Position numbers and translations under genes: made by a program. Of a stretch of DNA of 64,000 bases, positions 58,930 through 64,000 are shown in pieces. Within the stretch, counting starts at the first letter, position 1, and each line of letters begins with the position of its first letter. Origin of the DNA: Vulcanimicrobiales bacterium (GTDB lineage: Bacteria > Vulcanimicrobiota > Vulcanimicrobiia > Vulcanimicrobiales > Vulcanimicrobiaceae); contig JBBRLI010000002.1 in assembly GCA_038231455.1 (NCBI GenBank), positions 64,001 through 128,000 on the forward strand, read 5' to 3'. The notes under the pieces are model-generated. The model had not been told where the DNA came from and did not search any database. It saw only the letters and a program-made list of their open reading frames with translations.

Positions 58930-59970
58930 GATGGACGAACTCATTTGGATACGCAATACCTCGATCTTACCGTTAACCCCGCCCAGCCGCCGGAGGCCCA
59001 GATCTCTTTGGCCGTCGAGGCGCTTCTAGCGCACCAAGACGCAAGCGATCACGGCCCGACGCTCAGCGTTCGCCCCGACGCCCTCGTAAAGCTGGAGGCT
59101 CGCACCATCGGTGCGTTGATCGCTGCGCTACGCCGCTTACGTGAAGTTGGTGGTCGCTTGGAAATCGCGACGGGTCGGACCGACGTCCGTGAAACGTTGC
59201 GGATCACGGGACTCGATCACGTGTTTTCGATCGATGCGTTAACGGAAGAACCCAAAGCCAAGCGTCGCGGTGCTGTCGGTTCGCTCAAAGCCGCGGCATT
59301 CGCCGCGTTGATCGGCATCGTATCGCTCGGGCTGCCGGCAAACGCACAAACGACAGAACCGGCGGCAGCGCTCGAACCAGCCGCGATCATCGCGAAGGTC
59401 GTCGAGAAGAATCCGAGTCTTGCAAGTTACCAGTCGCACGTGCATGTGGATGTCCATATTCGCAAAGGGCTCTCGATCTTCACGCCGCTTGCAAATCTCG
59501 CCGCACCGAAGCTCGACGGTAAAACGTATTTCAAACGCCCGAACAACTATGAAGTTGTCTTCGAGAGCGTCCCGTCGTATGCCAAAGGTTTCGAGAAGAT
59601 GTACACGGACATCGGCGATCCCTCGAACTGGGAGAAGCGCTTTTCGATCACGGTTATCGGCGAGCGCGTCGTCAACGGGCACAACGACATCGAGCTCAAA
59701 CTCGTACAGCGCGTACGCGGTATGATCGATCACGAAAACGTGCTCGTCGATCCGAGTGCCTGGCAGATCGATGCCATGGAGTATCATTACTACAACGGTG
59801 GCACGATCGTGATGACGCAAAAGTATCGCGAAGAAGGCCCCTTCTCGGTGCTCGCAAGTCAGACCGCGAAGATCGACATCCCGCACATCTCTGCGACGGC
59901 GTTCGCCAGCTACACCGACTACCACACGAACGTCGCCGTCGACGATTCCGTGTTCACCAAGGTGCGCTGA
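58909..59970 (+). CDS. STAS-like domain - TM/signal - LolA/RseB-like extracytoplasmic domain fusion
   Basis: IGALIA..R.LRE.GG.L......V.E.L.ITGLD.VF (STAS); KRR plus hydrophobic segment and ANA; YFKRP, I.G...VNG, N..VDDSVF (LolA-fold-like). Start may be TTG at 58945. Confidence 0.75.
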   Translation: MQVLTRIDGRTHLDTQYLDLTVNPAQPPEAQISLAVEALLAHQDASDHGPTLSVRPDALVKLEARTIGALIAALRRLREVGGRLEIATGRTDVRETLRITGLDHVFSIDALTEEPKAKRRGAVGSLKAAAFAALIGIVSLGLPANAQTTEPAAALEPAAIIAKVVEKNPSLASYQSHVHVDVHIRKGLSIFTPLANLAAPKLDGKTYFKRPNNYEVVFESVPSYAKGFEKMYTDIGDPSNWEKRFSITVIGERVVNGHNDIELKLVQRVRGMIDHENVLVDPSAWQIDAMEYHYYNGGTIVMTQKYREEGPFSVLASQTAKIDIPHISATAFASYTDYHTNVAVDDSVFTKVR

Positions 59971-59971
59971 G

Positions 59972-60577
59972 ATGCTCCTGAAGATCGAAGAGCCCGCGCA
60001 CACCCGCACCTCGCCCGATGAGACGCGACTGCGCATCATGACGGCGGCACACGAGATTTTCTCGCGCGCCGGAACGCGCGGCACGACGACGCGCGAGATC
60101 GCCGAAGTCGCGGGTGTCAACGAAGCCACGATCTTCCGTCACTTCGGTTCGAAGACCGGGCTACTCGATCAAATGCGCGAGCATTTCTGCGCGGTCGAAC
60201 AATTTAAAGCCATCATCAACGAGGCGACGGGCGATATCGAGAGCGACCTCAAGACGATGGGGCGGCTCATGGTGGAGCGGATCGCCGAGAACCGCGAGAT
60301 GATCGTTATCTCAATGGCGGAGGAAGCGCGCGACGCCGTCACCTTCGAGACGACGTGGCGGGGACCAAATGAGATCCTCAATCGTCTTACCGAATATCTT
60401 GCCGGACATGTTGCGGTCGGCACGATCGGCGGAAATCCGCGGACGCACGCTCGCTGTTTCATGGGTATGATCGTTGCCTACGTCATCCAGCGCAAATTGT
60501 GGGAAAGCTACGAACCGGATCCCGCAATCGCCGACTATTTCGTAACCATTTTCCTCAACGGCGCAAGGAGCAAGTAA
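59972..60577 (+). CDS. TetR/AcrR family transcriptional regulator
   Basis: TR.RI..AA..IF...G..GTTTREIA..AGVNEATIFRHF.SK. Confidence 0.93.
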   Translation: MLLKIEEPAHTRTSPDETRLRIMTAAHEIFSRAGTRGTTTREIAEVAGVNEATIFRHFGSKTGLLDQMREHFCAVEQFKAIINEATGDIESDLKTMGRLMVERIAENREMIVISMAEEARDAVTFETTWRGPNEILNRLTEYLAGHVAVGTIGGNPRTHARCFMGMIVAYVIQRKLWESYEPDPAIADYFVTIFLNGARSK

Positions 60578-60580
60578 ACC

Positions 60581-61975
60581 GTGGAGTCCCAGACGCAGTC
60601 CCCGCCCAAGGCCGACGGGGCCGCCGCAATCGGAACGCAGCGTGGCGATGTTGCCCCGCCCCCGGAACCCGTGAAAGCCGCCCGCAAAGGGCCTCCGATC
60701 CCGGTGCTCGTCGGCATCGGTATCGTTCTGCTCGTCGCGCTGTTCTTCGGAATCAAGTACTTCGCGTACGCTTCTACGCACGAGACGACCGACGATGCGA
60801 AGATCGACGCCGATACGGTGACGATCACGAGTAAGATCAGCGAACGCGTCTCCGCCATTCTCGTGGATACGAATCAGCCGGTTCGCAAAGGCCAAGTGCT
60901 CGTGCGCCTGGATAACACGGACGAATCGTCCAAGCTCGCCTCGGCCCGCGCCGCGCGCGATTCCCAGCGTGCACAGGCTCGTGCCGCTCAAGCGTCGGTC
61001 GGCTTGACGCAATCGACGCAGACCGCTCAGAACCAGCAGGCATCCGGCGGCATCAGTGCTGCCGAGTCCGGTATTCAGAGCGCGGACGCGCAATATCAGT
61101 CAGCACTCGAACAGATCGGCGTTTCTAAAGCGGTCGTCGCTCAAGCACAAGCACAGTTGCGCGTCGCACAATCGCAAGTTCCCGCCGCTCGCGCGAACCT
61201 CGCCCGAGCGAATGCCGACTATCAGCGGACAGCCTCGCTCGTTTCAACCGGTGATATCGCGCGCTCGCAACTCGATGCGGTCCGCGCAGCGCAAGCAGCG
61301 GCCCAAGCCCAGTATCAGTCGGCGATCGACAACGTGACCGCCGCGCAAACGTCGGTAACGCAGGCGACGGTTCGCGTCTCGGCTTCGGCTTCGACCGCTG
61401 CTGCGGCGCAGTCGCAGATCGGTACACAACAGGGTCAACTCTCGACCGCCGAAGGCAAACTTGCGGAATCCGGCTCGCCGTATCGCGTAAGCGCGCAGCA
61501 AGCTCAAGCCGATGCTGCCTTCGCGCAGGTAGCATCGCTTGAAGCGCAAGTTCGCACCGCTCAAGATCAGGTCAACAATACGTCCATCGTCTCGCCGATC
61601 GACGGCTACGTCGGGGCGAAAAACGTGGAAGTTGGCAAGACCGTCTCGCCAGGTGAATCGCTCCTTGCGATCGTGCCTTCGGGCAAAGTCTACGTAACCG
61701 CGAATTACAAAGAAACACAGATTGGAAAGATGAAGCCCGGCCAAGAAGTCGACCTTAAAGTCGACGCGTATAAGGGCGTGACGTTCCAAGGTCACCTCGA
61801 TGCGATCGCACCTGCATCGCAAAACACGTTCAGCTTAGTGCCCGCGCAAAATGCGACCGGCAACTTCGTGAAAGTCACGCAGCGCTTGCCCGTCCGTATC
61901 CTCTTCGACAATCCGCCGACGGATAAACCGCTGCGCCCGGGTATGTCCGTTGAGGCATCCGTTCGCGTCAAGTAG
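60581..61975 (+). CDS. HlyD/EmrA family membrane fusion protein
   Basis: ETTDDA.ID, V.KGQ.L..LD, long Ala/Gln coiled coil, ANYKETQ, NATGNFVKV.QR.PV.I, LRPGMS. Confidence 0.93.
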   Translation: MESQTQSPPKADGAAAIGTQRGDVAPPPEPVKAARKGPPIPVLVGIGIVLLVALFFGIKYFAYASTHETTDDAKIDADTVTITSKISERVSAILVDTNQPVRKGQVLVRLDNTDESSKLASARAARDSQRAQARAAQASVGLTQSTQTAQNQQASGGISAAESGIQSADAQYQSALEQIGVSKAVVAQAQAQLRVAQSQVPAARANLARANADYQRTASLVSTGDIARSQLDAVRAAQAAAQAQYQSAIDNVTAAQTSVTQATVRVSASASTAAAAQSQIGTQQGQLSTAEGKLAESGSPYRVSAQQAQADAAFAQVASLEAQVRTAQDQVNNTSIVSPIDGYVGAKNVEVGKTVSPGESLLAIVPSGKVYVTANYKETQIGKMKPGQEVDLKVDAYKGVTFQGHLDAIAPASQNTFSLVPAQNATGNFVKVTQRLPVRILFDNPPTDKPLRPGMSVEASVRVK

Positions 61976-62003
61976 TCCCCACCGTAACAACGAAAGAAGA
62001 TCC

Positions 62004-63977
62004 GTGGACCGCCGTTCTCTCTCGCTCGCGCTGAGCGTGTCGCTCAGCGCACTCCTCGTCGCGCCAACCGCGATTCTCGCGCAACCGCAGGCATCTCCGT
62101 CGCCTGCATCCGCCGTCACGCCTCGGCCCGCGGCAACGCGACAACCCGCGAGCGGTGCTGCGTTGCCCGGATCGCCGCAACCCGGCCCGAGTGCGCGACC
62201 GATCGGGACGAATCCGCAGTCGAACGGACAGCCGGCTCCGCCGAATATTCCGGTGTTGCCTCCGGTCCCCGATATCGCTCCCGGTTACGAAGCGCCGCAA
62301 AACGGCACTCCGGCGGGCGAGATCGTCGGCGTTGCGCAGCTGCCGTTTGTCGGCATCTCGCTCGAAGATGCAATCGCGATGGCGCTCATGCGCAATACGG
62401 ACTTAGCACTCGCGCAATCGAACCGCCGCATCGCCAACTACCAGATCGTTGCCGCGGAAGGCGCGTACGACGTGCGCTTCCAGGTCTCGCCGCAATATTC
62501 GCACAGCGTTACTCCGCCGCAGAGTCCGTTCCAAGCCGGACCCGGTGTCGGACCGATCACACAGGACGTCGCGGGCGCGACGACGTCGTTATCGGGTCTC
62601 ACGCGCGGGGGCCAGCAATTTAGCGTTTCCGCAAGCGCTCAGGATGTCCGCACGAACAACACGTCGGCCGGTTTCGATCCGTCGTATCCGACGTCACTTT
62701 CCTTCAATCTCTCGCAGCCGCTGTTCCGCGGTCGCGAAACGAATGCGGCGCGTCGTCAGCTGTTGCTCGCGCAAGCTAGTGCCCTCACCTCAAAGGACAT
62801 CGCCCTCACGCAAGCATCGAGCACGCTTACAAACCTCAGCAACGCGTATTGGGACCTCGTCTCGGCGTGGCGCAACGTAGCGATTCAAGAAGAAGGCCTC
62901 AAACAAGCGCAGGCGCAGGCGCAGAGCAATTCGCGTCTCGCCGCGCGCGGTCAGGCAGCTCCCGTCGATATCGTCGAATCGAATACGCAAGTCAATGTCT
63001 TTCAAGACAACGTTTTTGCCGCGCTGCAGAACGTGCATCGTCTCCAGACCCAGATCAAATCGCTCGTGCTCGCGAACCCCGCCGATCCGCTCTGGATGGC
63101 CAATCTCGTACCGACCTCGAACGTGCGCCAATTGCCGGCCGAACCGACGGTTGACGACCTGATCGTGCAAGCGCTGCGCACGCGACCGGAAATCGCGCAA
63201 TTGCGCGACGCGCGACGCGCCGCTGACATCAACGCAAGCTATGCGAAAGATCAAACAAAGCCGCAACTCGATCTCAACCTCGGCTATACCACGAGCGGCT
63301 TTGCGGGCAATCCGACCGATCCGCGCAACAACCCAATCTTCGGTGCGCTCGGGCCGCAGTTCGCAGCCGTCAACGCGCTTATCGCACGCGCCAACGTGGG
63401 ATTACCGCCGAGCCAGCAAATTCCGACCGTCAATACGGCGCTGCCGACAACACCCGGCTACCTCTCAGGCCGGTTCGGTCAGTCGACCAAGAACCTGCTG
63501 GACAATCGCTTCCCTACCTATCAAGTCGGTGTGACGTACACCCTGCCCCTCGGCAACCGTACGGCAAAAGCCGACTACGCGATCGCGCAAGAACTGCAGT
63601 CGCAAGTGCAGCTGCAAGAAATCGCGTTGCTCCAGCGCGTGAAATCCGAGGCCAGCAACGCAATTCAGACGCTGCGCGAAACGCGTTACCGTCTCATCGC
63701 CGCGCACAACGCGCGCGTCGCTGCTGAACAAGTCTTTGCATCCGAACAGCGCCGGTTCACTGCTGGGACGTCGACGACGTACCTTGTGCTCCAGCGTTCG
63801 CTCGATGTCGCGAACCAGCGCGGGCGCGAACTGCAAGCCCAGACCGACCTCAACAAGGCCGTCGTCGAACTGCAGCGCGTCTCCGGTTCGATCTTCGCCG
63901 ACAACAAGATCGACGTGAATGCGCTTGGCGCGACCAGTAAAAACGCCGCGACGCCGAACGGTTCGAAGCTTCCTTAG
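62004..63977 (+). CDS. TolC family outer-membrane efflux protein
   Basis: Signal peptide, Pro-rich linker, SLEDAI..AL..N.DL, QPLFRG, AYWDL, E.RRF..G.ST..LVLQ. Confidence 0.88.
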   Translation: MDRRSLSLALSVSLSALLVAPTAILAQPQASPSPASAVTPRPAATRQPASGAALPGSPQPGPSARPIGTNPQSNGQPAPPNIPVLPPVPDIAPGYEAPQNGTPAGEIVGVAQLPFVGISLEDAIAMALMRNTDLALAQSNRRIANYQIVAAEGAYDVRFQVSPQYSHSVTPPQSPFQAGPGVGPITQDVAGATTSLSGLTRGGQQFSVSASAQDVRTNNTSAGFDPSYPTSLSFNLSQPLFRGRETNAARRQLLLAQASALTSKDIALTQASSTLTNLSNAYWDLVSAWRNVAIQEEGLKQAQAQAQSNSRLAARGQAAPVDIVESNTQVNVFQDNVFAALQNVHRLQTQIKSLVLANPADPLWMANLVPTSNVRQLPAEPTVDDLIVQALRTRPEIAQLRDARRAADINASYAKDQTKPQLDLNLGYTTSGFAGNPTDPRNNPIFGALGPQFAAVNALIARANVGLPPSQQIPTVNTALPTTPGYLSGRFGQSTKNLLDNRFPTYQVGVTYTLPLGNRTAKADYAIAQELQSQVQLQEIALLQRVKSEASNAIQTLRETRYRLIAAHNARVAAEQVFASEQRRFTAGTSTTYLVLQRSLDVANQRGRELQAQTDLNKAVVELQRVSGSIFADNKIDVNALGATSKNAATPNGSKLP

Positions 63978-64000
63978 CGTCCGTACCGTGGGTTGGTTCA

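Overview
GC-rich, gene-dense bacterial chromosomal window from a diderm organism (TolC-like and LolA-like proteins). Its gene repertoire looks Terrabacteria-like (ClpC, stressosome, AccE-like subunit); Ca. Eremiobacterota/Vulcanimicrobiota is plausible, but that is inference only. In order, it contains: HD-GYP and PAS-GAF-PP2C signalling genes; an acyl-CoA carboxylase/fabI operon; an ECF sigma/anti-sigma pair whose sigma carries an in-frame TAG; an IorAB-like molybdoenzyme with XdhC/MocA; two liv-type ABC operons; clpC plus a SWIM-SNF2 ATPase; a BlaI/BlaR1-type module built around pentapeptide-repeat proteins with four operator-like repeats; an oxalate uptake/activation/reduction cluster; WYL and MarR regulators; a candidate ~220-nt structured ncRNA with a clear sigma70-type promoter and terminator; an RsbRST stressosome locus; and a TetR-controlled STAS-LolA/HlyD/TolC operon. 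Most notable are two soluble chemoreceptors fused to TRAP (DctP) binding domains (one with two signalling domains), the BlaIR-pentapeptide regulon, and the unannotated ncRNA. No rRNA, tRNA, CRISPR array or transposase was recognised.
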